Shown in pieces: positions 40,241 to 48,467 of a stretch of 64,000 nt of DNA; positions within the stretch are counted from its first letter, which is position 1; each line of letters starts with the position of its first letter. The stretch is taken from positions 4,288,001-4,352,000 of the forward strand of contig OY969811.1 of NCBI GenBank assembly GCA_963703315.1. Reading direction: 5' to 3'. This DNA comes from an uncultured cyanobacterium. GTDB lineage: Bacteria; Cyanobacteriota; Cyanobacteriia; Pseudanabaenales; Pseudanabaenaceae. The notes beneath the pieces are model-generated. The model was not told the DNA's origin, did no database searches, and saw only the letters and a program-made list of their open reading frames with translations. Both the position numbers and the translations under genes were made by a program.

Positions 40241-40331
40241 GGGTTTGGAAATACCACAAAGGAACGTAAAAAATTAGTAAGCCAACAAAACAATGAATTA
40301 ATCCTAAAATTAATTTTAATGGTGGCTATAA

Positions 40332-40559
40332 CTATGCGTCTTTGGCGTTTTCGTCAAACATACCGTACTTACGCAAGAAGCGTTCTACACGACCTTCAGT
40401 ATCGATAATCTTTTGTGTGCCTGTATAGAAAGGGTGATTGCCCGACCATACATCAACATTAATTTCAGGATGAGTAGAACCAATCGTTGCTACCACTTCA
40501 CCGTTACAAATTACTTTTGCATCGGGATACCACTTCGGGTGAATTCCAGCTTTAGGCAT
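40332..40559 (-). CDS. rpmE: 50S ribosomal protein L31
   Basis: MPKAGIHPKWY...DVWSGNHPFYTG...DTEGRVERF; start trimmed to the ATG at 40559. Confidence 0.95.
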   Translation of the reverse strand: MPKAGIHPKWYPDAKVICNGEVVATIGSTHPEINVDVWSGNHPFYTGTQKIIDTEGRVERFLRKYGMFDENAKDA

Positions 40560-40654
40560 AGTCTTAGCTATAAAAATCAAAAATTAAGCTTTTCTAGACT
40601 AGCATAGAATTATGCAATTAAAAATGCTAATTAGACTGCAATGGAGATAAACCT

Positions 40655-41326
40655 ATGGTCGTTGCTCAAGTCAAGCCAACATTGCCGAATAAATCTCTAG
40701 ATTCTAAGGATGTAGACTCTAGCTCTCCAGAGCCAAAAGTTTTTGTGACTGTGGAGGAATATCGGGCGATCGCCGAAACCGCCGAAGCACATCTTGAATA
40801 TCGCAACGGAGAAATTATTACTATGTCTGGAGGTTCACCCGCACACAGTCGGATTGCTGTTGATGTCACAACTTTTCTAAATCTTGCCGTTCGCGACACC
40901 AATTTTGAAATTTACAACGGCGATATGCGGATTTGGATTCCTGAGCATCAATGTGGAACCTACGCTGACGTTTTAGTAATCGACGGTGAGCCAGAGTTTA
41001 ATGGCGAGTCCCAAAGGGATGCGTCCCGCCGCACTGATGAAATTCTTAATCCTTTATTGATTGTCGAGGTTTTATCACCATCTACTGAAGGATACGATCG
41101 CGGTGAAAAGTTCAGAAAATATCGCTCTATGCCTAGCTTTTGTGAATATCTCCTCGTTAGTCAAGTAGAACCATATATCGAGCATTATTCTAAGCTTGAG
41201 GGCGATCGCTGGCAGTTAGAAATAAGCGATCGCCTAGATCAAAAAATCACTTTGCCCAGCCTCAAGGTAGATCTGCCAATGCAAGAAATCTATCGGCGCA
41301 TTAAATTTTCAGACACTTCATCGTAA
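40655..41326 (+). CDS. Uma2 family endonuclease-like protein carrying an apparent 7-aa insertion
   Basis: EY..GEII.MSGGS..H, YADVLV, VEVLSPST..YDRG.KF..Y. Confidence 0.9.
   Translation: MVVAQVKPTLPNKSLDSKDVDSSSPEPKVFVTVEEYRAIAETAEAHLEYRNGEIITMSGGSPAHSRIAVDVTTFLNLAVRDTNFEIYNGDMRIWIPEHQCGTYADVLVIDGEPEFNGESQRDASRRTDEILNPLLIVEVLSPSTEGYDRGEKFRKYRSMPSFCEYLLVSQVEPYIEHYSKLEGDRWQLEISDRLDQKITLPSLKVDLPMQEIYRRIKFSDTSS
41007..41027. repeat. 21-nt in-frame insertion in a degenerate HIP1 site (SDR5-like small dispersed repeat)
   Basis: GCG-[agtcccaaagggatgcgtccc]-GCCGC; internal alternative hairpins tccc/ggga/tccc. Confidence 0.55.
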
Positions 41327-41384
41327 GTAATGGTTTACGGTTTTTGGTATGAGAATCACGTAGACTGCACTTAAAATATACTTC

Positions 41385-42026
41385 TCAGACAAGACTTTCA
41401 AGGCGCTCAATCCAACTATTAAACATTAGGCACTCTTGACGAATAGTGACTAAGCCAATATCTAGAGCTATATTTAAGCCATCAGTAATTTTTTCGTATT
41501 TACTGCATATTTGAATAATGCGCTTAGAAGGAGCAGTGTTATACCCGCCATTGATATGCTCTGGGGAATCAAATTCATTTCGGATCTTGATTAATTTACT
41601 GATCATTCTTTCATCATCAAACCAAATTCTAAACATTTCTGGTTTGCTAAACAAAAGGCTTTCAAACTCATGGACTACGATATTAGCAATGAAGTTAGGT
41701 TGTGCAATATCTTCCTGAAATTCTTCTTCAATTGCCTTTGCTCTTTTGATTGAAGATAAACCAGTCGTGAGTTTTGATCTAGGAAAATCTGATGGTAATC
41801 CATAAAAATCAATTAGCGTTGTCACCCACGCAGTAGGGTCTTCTTTACACTTCCTTTCAACTTGAGATTTGACTTTGCCATAAGTTGATATGCCACCTTT
41901 TTGACTGCCATTACTTAAAACAATTGCATTAAGCAAAATACCTAGTTCGACAAAATAGCTAAACAAGACTCTTTTAACAAAAGTTTCTTCAGTTGGTCCT
42001 TCGCAAAAAATATGGACTCTGATCAT
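41385..42026 (-). CDS. DUF4276 family (TOPRIM-like) protein
   Basis: IFCEGPTEETFV..VL, TTLIDFYGLP.DFP, HEFESLLFS, PE.IN.G..TAPSKRI. Confidence 0.88.
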   Translation of the reverse strand: MIRVHIFCEGPTEETFVKRVLFSYFVELGILLNAIVLSNGSQKGGISTYGKVKSQVERKCKEDPTAWVTTLIDFYGLPSDFPRSKLTTGLSSIKRAKAIEEEFQEDIAQPNFIANIVVHEFESLLFSKPEMFRIWFDDERMISKLIKIRNEFDSPEHINGGYNTAPSKRIIQICSKYEKITDGLNIALDIGLVTIRQECLMFNSWIERLESLV

Positions 42027-42028
42027 AT

Positions 42029-43108
42029 CTATGGTCTACCACCCAACAGATTTTTTTGCCATAGTTCACCCAAAGAGTATTCCTCCAGCCAGTCAGACAG
42101 AGCATTTTCATCAAGACGGCGTAGATGGGTTGCTCCTTCAATGCGATCGCACACAATCACATCAGAGACATCAAACTCGTTAAGTAGTGCTACTGACTGG
42201 GTAGAAACTATGACTTGTTTAGATTTGGCTGTGGAGCGCAGCAATGAAGCCAGAACATTAATGGCATAAGGGTGTAACCCCAACTCTGGCTCATCAATTA
42301 AAATCATTTCAGGTTGTTCATCTTCTGGTTGCATTAACACAGTTGCCAAGCAAATAAACCGCAAAGTCCCATCAGAGAGTTGATAAGCTTTGAAAGGAAT
42401 ATCTTCACCTTTTTCAAACCATTCCAGTTCAATTTGCTCTGGGCTATTAAGACAAGGACGCAGGTTAAAATCACCAAAAAATGGAGCAACTAACTGGATA
42501 GTTTTGACGATTCTTTGATAGTGATTTTGATATTGATCTTTCAGTAAGTAAAGGTAAGCCGCCAGATTTTGAGCATCTGGTCGTAAATAAATATTGTCAT
42601 TAATAGCTTGCCGTTGCTTTACCAGAGCGCTATCGCCAGTGTCATGAAAGTGATAAAGTCGCCAGTTCTTCATCACTGGCACAGTGTAACCGTAGATTCC
42701 TGTCTCACGACCCCTCGTTTCTACCTTAGTCTCAAAATGCCCTTTTCCAATTTTCCAGTTGCCAATTTTTTCCCACCAAAAATTTTCATCAGCAAAAACC
42801 ATGCGATTATCTTGAGTCGGCTCCAACATAAATTTATAGCCATTCCTACCAAAGTAAAGTTCAGAAGCGATCTGTTTAGTTTTTTTTCTCCCAAAATGCA
42901 GTAAAGAGTCTGGACCTCCTTGCTTGCTAACATGAAGTTGTAAATTACTTGTGAGTATTTGCTGTATTAGACGAAATACGGCGATAAAATTTGACTTGCC
43001 AGAGCCATTAGCCCCAATTAATACATTTAGTTCTTTTAATTCCAGATCGCACTCACGGATTGATTTGAACCCTTTCAGTACAATTCTCGATAACTGATCT
43101 TGGTTCAT
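42029..43108 (-). CDS. AAA_21 family ABC-type ATPase
   Basis: KGFKSI, GANGSGKS, YHFHDT, LSDGTLRF, LIDEPELGLHP, STQS. Confidence 0.92.
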   Translation of the reverse strand: MNQDQLSRIVLKGFKSIRECDLELKELNVLIGANGSGKSNFIAVFRLIQQILTSNLQLHVSKQGGPDSLLHFGRKKTKQIASELYFGRNGYKFMLEPTQDNRMVFADENFWWEKIGNWKIGKGHFETKVETRGRETGIYGYTVPVMKNWRLYHFHDTGDSALVKQRQAINDNIYLRPDAQNLAAYLYLLKDQYQNHYQRIVKTIQLVAPFFGDFNLRPCLNSPEQIELEWFEKGEDIPFKAYQLSDGTLRFICLATVLMQPEDEQPEMILIDEPELGLHPYAINVLASLLRSTAKSKQVIVSTQSVALLNEFDVSDVIVCDRIEGATHLRRLDENALSDWLEEYSLGELWQKNLLGGRP

Positions 43109-43117
43109 GATTATGAC

Positions 43118-43615
43118 CTATGGATACCAAAACATACCTTTAATGCCTTCGGGATCGGCGTTGAAACCTAGCTGGTTGTAAAATTCGACCACATGGGCAT
43201 CGGCGAATAGACTAATGTTACTGATGTCGGATTTGCGTAACTCGCGGATCATTTCTTCCATCATCGCTTTGCCTAAACCCCTGCCTTGAAAATCGGGGTG
43301 AATCACCACATCCCATAATGTCGCGTTAAAGGCGTAGTCAGAGGTAGCACGCGCAAAACCAATTAAACGTCGAAAACCGCCGCGATGCTCCCACATCGAA
43401 AGGACGACAAAGCTATGCTGCAAGGCAATCCGAACTTTACGAATTGGTCGCCTCGCCCACCCCACAGAGTCACATAATTCTTCTAGTTCGTAGAGATCAA
43501 GATCTTTTTCGGTGCTAAAGAAAATTTGTCCGCTTTGGTTTGGCACTTGGCGAAGTTTTGTTTTTTTTGTTGGTTCGAGGGTGTCAGAACCAAATAAGCT
43601 TTTCCAGAACCCCAT
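43118..43615 (-). CDS. GNAT acetyltransferase (Ycf52/NSI-like)
   Basis: [50 protein letters not shown]. Confidence 0.9.
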   Translation of the reverse strand: MGFWKSLFGSDTLEPTKKTKLRQVPNQSGQIFFSTEKDLDLYELEELCDSVGWARRPIRKVRIALQHSFVVLSMWEHRGGFRRLIGFARATSDYAFNATLWDVVIHPDFQGRGLGKAMMEEMIRELRKSDISNISLFADAHVVEFYNQLGFNADPEGIKGMFWYP

Positions 43616-43766
43616 TTGCCTAATTTATATATAGCAGCGATCGCCCTGTTTGTTGTAGACATTCTAAACGCTTTTGTATTGTATCTGCTTTTGTTGAAAT
43701 CAAGCGATCGCAAATACTAAAATGCTGGTATTTCATGATATCGCTATCACTAGTAATTTCAGGGCA

Positions 43767-43816
43767 AAACCCAAAAGAGAGTTGCGGGCTTCGCACCATA
43801 ACTCTCTTTTGGGTTT
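43767..43816. repeat. Palindromic element with decayed core
   Basis: aaacccaaaagagagtt-(gcgggcttcgcaccat)-aactctcttttgggttt; arms match those at 23269. Confidence 0.8.
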
Positions 43817-44076
43817 GTGGCGATCATTAATAGTTAGGTATAGTTGGTCTGATTCAGTCCCGTCTTTATATTGGTAGAATTAGGTCATCATTGCTGCGCC
43901 TTTAACCGAGCCATAGATATTAGATTTTATTTTTAACTCCTGAACCAAGCAATGTTAAATCTGAGCGCACTATTTCAGACATATACACAGACAGATAGAG
44001 AGCCAATATTGGCTCTCTCACCGATCGCGATATTCTGGATGGTGAAATGCGATTGTGAGCGAGCAGGAGGTTGGCA

Positions 44077-44793
44077 ATGACGTTTGGGCTAAAAACCTCA
44101 ACGATCGAGTTACTGAAGCGTTTCAATACTAGCTTTCCACAGTTTTACGAACAATTTGTTAGTAGTGACATTCAACTGCAAAATCTGCGATTGGCTTACC
44201 AGCTTTATCAGACTAAGGAAGCTGTAATTGAGCTGAAGTCTGAAAGCAGCAAGAGTGTGCTTTATTTTGCCTATCGCAATCAGTCTTTTCTGTTAAACGA
44301 TATTTTTGGCGTGTTAGCTGCCTATGGCTTGACAATTCACAGTCTGAGCCTATATGGACAGATCCATACACCAATGTTGGTATTTATTAAGCTGGTGATT
44401 TCTCGCGGCGGTAAGGCTCTGCCCCAAAAGACTGCCGAAAATGTGCGGAAGGCAATCAAGGAGACATTATTGGGGCGCTTTGAGGTCGAGGAGATGCTAG
44501 CGTTGGAGTTTAACCTCGATAGTGGGCTTAAAAAAGTAGAGACTAACTTTTATGTCGATCGCGTGTTTCATTTACCAGCATTGTTAGTGGAGGCAGATAG
44601 CCAACCAGGGTTGTTTTATAAGGTGATGAATGCAATCTGGCAGGAGGATTTGTTGGTGGTGAATGCTAATTTGTTAGTATGGCGCGGGCGGACACGTTTG
44701 ATTTTGTATTTGTTAGGTCCTAATGAAAATTTGATACCTGAATATTTAGGAACAAAAATTGCTGAAAGTCTGAAACAACGTTTGTCAGATTAA
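44077..44793 (+). CDS. Conserved hypothetical protein with tandem ACT-like domains
   Basis: NQSFLLNDIFGVLAAYGLTI and DSQPGLFYKV..AI....L.V resemble the two ACT domains at the GlnD C-terminus. Confidence 0.6.
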   Translation: MTFGLKTSTIELLKRFNTSFPQFYEQFVSSDIQLQNLRLAYQLYQTKEAVIELKSESSKSVLYFAYRNQSFLLNDIFGVLAAYGLTIHSLSLYGQIHTPMLVFIKLVISRGGKALPQKTAENVRKAIKETLLGRFEVEEMLALEFNLDSGLKKVETNFYVDRVFHLPALLVEADSQPGLFYKVMNAIWQEDLLVVNANLLVWRGRTRLILYLLGPNENLIPEYLGTKIAESLKQRLSD

Positions 44794-44794
44794 C

Positions 44795-44819
44795 AAAAAT
44801 GGCGCGTTACGCCATTTTT
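44795..44819. terminator. Bidirectional terminator-like hairpin
   Basis: aaaaatggcg-cgtta-cgccattttt between convergent genes. Confidence 0.6.
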
Positions 44820-44821
44820 AT

Positions 44822-46249
44822 CTAATTCTTGAGTTGGGCGATCGCCTCATAGAAAGGTTGCCAATCGTCATCAACGGTAATCTTTTCCCAGATTTCCTCA
44901 ATTTTGGGGCGCAAGAAAATGATCGTGGGGTTAGCTTGCTGGAGTTGCTGGGCAATATTGGCTAATTCAGCGATCGGTTGACGGATCAGAAGTTGATGAT
45001 AAACTTCGCGCCATTTCTCTAATAGCGGTAACTGCTCCTCCTTGATTTCCCAATCATGGTTAGCAAAAATGTTACTTACATCTTCGCGCCAATTAAAATG
45101 AAAAGATTGACGCAGATTAACGAAGAATTGGTTATAGCCGATCGCCTGTACTCCTGACAATAATTCTAAAGTTGCGCCGATTAAGTCCTCAGTCTCAGGC
45201 TCGGAGAGGGTAGCAAAACCTAAACGCTTCAGCATCATTTCGCAATAAGCATCGCGATAGAAGTCTTTGAATTTCTGTAATGAAGCTTGCATATCATCTT
45301 TATCCATCACCATGCTGAGGGGATCTTGTAGCTTTTCTAAGTTCCAATAGCAAGCTGCTGGTTGATTGGCATAGCTATAGCGTCCTGCATAGTCAAAATA
45401 AGCCGCCGTAAAACGTGGATCGTAATTGGGAATAAAAGCAAAAGGTCCATAATCAAAACTTTCGCCTGTAATCGACATATTATCGGTATTGAGAACAGCG
45501 TGACAGAAGCCCACTGCCATCCATTGAGCGCAAAGTCTAGCAACTCGTTCCACTAGTTCTAAATAGAAAATTCCATCTTGATTCTCTTTTTCCCAAATAT
45601 GAGGATAGTAAATTTGCAGTACATGATCGAGTAATTTGCGCGTGAGATCATCTCGTCCAATCCAGCGTAGACGCTCGAATGTGCCGAACCGAATATGCGA
45701 TCGCGAAAAGCGCACCATTACCGATGATCTAGTAGGTGAAGGTTCATCACCACGATAGAGTTGTTCCCCTGTTTCGACAAGACTAAGACATCGCGAAGTT
45801 TTCACACCCATACGGTGCAAAGCTTCTGAGGCAATGATTTCCCGCACGCCGCCCTTGAGGGTGAGCCGACCATCGGCAGTACGCGAATAGGGAGTTCTGC
45901 CTGAACCTTTAGTTCCAAAATCATAGAGTTCGCCATCAATGCCGCGCACTTGACCATAGATAAAGCCACGTCCATCACCGAGTTGGGGGTTATATTCACC
46001 AAATTGATAGCCGTGATAGCGGAGGGCGAGGAATGGGCGTACAGCTTGAAAATGTCCAAAGGCTTCGATAAAGTCATCATCGCTAACCTGTGCAGGTGCG
46101 AGTCCTAGAATCGGCAAAATATCATCATTACGCCAACGTAATTTGTGAAGCGGAAATTCGGCGGCGGTCACGACATCGTGATAGTCTGCTAGGGATTCGA
46201 TCGCGGGTTCGTAGTTGAGATTTAGGAAAGGGTTGCTAGAGTGACTCAT
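44822..46249 (-). CDS. selO: Protein adenylyltransferase SelO/YdiU
   Basis: YHGYQFG.YNPQLGDGRG, KGSG.TPYSR..DGR, SHIRFGTFE, GF.H.VLNTDNMSI.GESFDYGPF. Confidence 0.93.
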   Translation of the reverse strand: MSHSSNPFLNLNYEPAIESLADYHDVVTAAEFPLHKLRWRNDDILPILGLAPAQVSDDDFIEAFGHFQAVRPFLALRYHGYQFGEYNPQLGDGRGFIYGQVRGIDGELYDFGTKGSGRTPYSRTADGRLTLKGGVREIIASEALHRMGVKTSRCLSLVETGEQLYRGDEPSPTRSSVMVRFSRSHIRFGTFERLRWIGRDDLTRKLLDHVLQIYYPHIWEKENQDGIFYLELVERVARLCAQWMAVGFCHAVLNTDNMSITGESFDYGPFAFIPNYDPRFTAAYFDYAGRYSYANQPAACYWNLEKLQDPLSMVMDKDDMQASLQKFKDFYRDAYCEMMLKRLGFATLSEPETEDLIGATLELLSGVQAIGYNQFFVNLRQSFHFNWREDVSNIFANHDWEIKEEQLPLLEKWREVYHQLLIRQPIAELANIAQQLQQANPTIIFLRPKIEEIWEKITVDDDWQPFYEAIAQLKN

Positions 46250-46285
46250 GCTAAAGAAATCAAGAAAATATTAGATGCTTCTGCC

Positions 46286-47893
46286 ATGATACTTGCTTCA
46301 GAGAGCAATCAAGCTGTTAGCTATTGGTATGAGGGAATTTGTCCCTATAGTGGTGATTTGGTAAGGTTGCCTCGCACTTTGGAAATAGAGGCGATCGCTA
46401 AAAATTTAATGCAAGAAATTTCTCTAGCGCAGCCTGATGGATTAGAAGGGAAAATGTATGGGGTGCTATTAGCGGAATCAGCTACAGGAGAAAGATCAAT
46501 TCTCAAAGCTTTTTCGGGTTTGCTCAATGGCAAAAGCCACATTGACGGATGGGTTCCACTGATCGCAGGTCGAGAGAAGGTAGCAATTGAGGAATCAATT
46601 ACTTTAAATAAATTAGCGGTAATTAAGCAGGAACTAATTGATTTAAGTGAGATTCCTGAACGTTGGGAATATGCCAATCAATCCCAAGAATATGAGTTAC
46701 AATTGCAAGCTTTACGCGATCGCCATCAAGTTTCTAAACAGGAAAGGCAAGCTAAGCGATCGCAAAATGATCCAGATTTGGAAGCTCTAGATCGAGAAAG
46801 TCAATTGGAGAAAATTGCAAGGCGCAATTTTAAACGCGATCGCGATTTGGTTCTATCACCTTTGCAAGAATTGATCGCTGAGGCTGACAGCAAAATGCAA
46901 GTTCTCAAAAAGCAGCGTCGTGAATTATCGCGCACTTTGCAAACCCAGATGCATCATGCTTATGTGTTGACTAATTTTGCGGGGGAAACGCGATCGCTAC
47001 GAGAGTTAATTACGGAAGGAGCAATGCCAACGGGGATGGGAGATTGTTGCGCTCCCAAGTTGTTACATTATGCCGCAACTCATAACCTCACACCTTTGGC
47101 AATGGCTGAGTTTTGGTGGGGAAGTCCTTCACCTGATGGTTATAAAATTCAAGGTGAGTTTTATGGTGCTTGTGTAGAAAGGTGTCAGCCATTAATGGGC
47201 TTTTTATTGTCGGGTAGGAGATCCCCCTCAATCCCCCCTACTATTGAAAATTTTGCTTCGCAAAATTTTCAACTCATCTATGAAGATCAGTATCTAATTG
47301 CGATCGCCAAACCTCCCGAACTTCTATCAGTCCCCGGACGATATTTAGATACTCAAGACAGTGTGCTAAGTCGATTACGTCAATATTTCGGCAATCAAAG
47401 AGAACTATATCCAGTGCATCGCCTTGATCGCCAAACTTCAGGGATTTTATTATTTGCCTGTGATTTAGAGTCATTGCGTAGTTTAAGTGACCAATTTCAA
47501 AAAAGAGAAATTCACAAAATCTATGAGGCGTTGCTATCGGGTAAGCTGGAACGTGAAAATGGAACGATTGATTTGCCACTGTGGGGTAATCCTGAAAATC
47601 GCCCCCGTCAACAGGTGGACTATCAACGAGGTAAGCCTAGTGTGACTAAGTTTCGCGTAATAGCACAGGAGGGGAATTATTCGCGAATTGAATTTATCCC
47701 CTTAACAGGACGTACTCATCAATTGCGAGTTCACTCTGCCGATCCACAGGGGGTAGGAATACCGATTTTAGGCGATCGCCTTTATGGTTGTCAGGCTGCT
47801 ACAAGTCGCTTACATCTCCATGCAAGGGACTTAACTTTTAGACATCCGCGATCGCAAGAATTAATCCATTTACAAATACCAGTTCCTTTTTGA
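46286..47893 (+). CDS. Long-form RluA family pseudouridine synthase
   Basis: C-terminal KP..LLSVPG, VHRLDRQTSG, TGRTHQLRVH, GDRLYG; N-terminal extension with GKMYGVL and G.CCAPKLL.YA; start trimmed to the ATG at 46286. Confidence 0.9.
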   Translation: MILASESNQAVSYWYEGICPYSGDLVRLPRTLEIEAIAKNLMQEISLAQPDGLEGKMYGVLLAESATGERSILKAFSGLLNGKSHIDGWVPLIAGREKVAIEESITLNKLAVIKQELIDLSEIPERWEYANQSQEYELQLQALRDRHQVSKQERQAKRSQNDPDLEALDRESQLEKIARRNFKRDRDLVLSPLQELIAEADSKMQVLKKQRRELSRTLQTQMHHAYVLTNFAGETRSLRELITEGAMPTGMGDCCAPKLLHYAATHNLTPLAMAEFWWGSPSPDGYKIQGEFYGACVERCQPLMGFLLSGRRSPSIPPTIENFASQNFQLIYEDQYLIAIAKPPELLSVPGRYLDTQDSVLSRLRQYFGNQRELYPVHRLDRQTSGILLFACDLESLRSLSDQFQKREIHKIYEALLSGKLERENGTIDLPLWGNPENRPRQQVDYQRGKPSVTKFRVIAQEGNYSRIEFIPLTGRTHQLRVHSADPQGVGIPILGDRLYGCQAATSRLHLHARDLTFRHPRSQELIHLQIPVPF

Positions 47894-47903
47894 TTTAATT
47901 CTC

Positions 47904-48019
47904 TATAGCAATACTTGAGTTAGTTAGGACAAATCAAAACCCAAAAGGAGAATGGCGGCGCTTTGCGCCGCCATTCTCCTTTTAGGTTTTATGTCCTCAG
48001 CAAAACTTGCATTGCTATA
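47904..48019. repeat. MITE/REP-like element with 9-bp terminal inverted repeats
   Basis: TATAGCAAT...ATTGCTATA ends; core aaaaggagaatggcggcgc-ttt-gcgccgccattctcctttt; subterminal aggac/gtcct. Confidence 0.88.
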
Positions 48020-48081
48020 TCATGCTAATGTGAAAAGCTCTAGGTTCAATCTTCGATAAATTTATAAATAACAAATAATAT

Positions 48082-48423
48082 ATGTCTGACAATTGGATGG
48101 ATAAGCTCAAGTACGATGAGAAAGGATTGATTCCTGCGATCGCCCAAGATGCGGAAGATGGCACAATTTTGATGATGGCATGGATGAATCGGCAAGCACT
48201 AGAATTAACGGTGTCAACTGGTGAAGTGCATTACTGGAGCCGATCGCGTCAGGAGCTATGGCATAAGGGCGCAACTTCTGGGCATATTCAAAAACTTAAG
48301 AAAATATATTACGACTGCGATCGCGATGTTATCTTAGTCAAAATTGAGCAAATTGGTGATATTGCCTGTCATACAGGTGCAAGAAGTTGTTTCTTTACAG
48401 AAGTACCTCTTACATCCAATTAA
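48082..48423 (+). CDS. hisI: Phosphoribosyl-AMP cyclohydrolase
   Basis: YWSRSRQELWHKGATSG, DCDRD, ACHTGARSCF. Confidence 0.95.
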   Translation: MSDNWMDKLKYDEKGLIPAIAQDAEDGTILMMAWMNRQALELTVSTGEVHYWSRSRQELWHKGATSGHIQKLKKIYYDCDRDVILVKIEQIGDIACHTGARSCFFTEVPLTSN

Positions 48424-48467
48424 AGAGATAGCGGCGCTTTGCGCCGCTATCTCTTTAATTGGATGTA
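48411..48467. repeat. Perfect 27-bp-arm palindrome that includes the last codons of both hisI and cheA
   Basis: tacatccaattaaagagatagcggcgc-ttt-gcgccgctatctctttaattggatgta. Confidence 0.92.

Noticed and set aside
47219..47240. ATCCCCCTCAATCCCCCC tract in the RluA linker as a repeat remnant
   Set aside because: It resembles half of a cyanobacterial REP-like repeat, but it is single-copy here and lacks the complementary arm.
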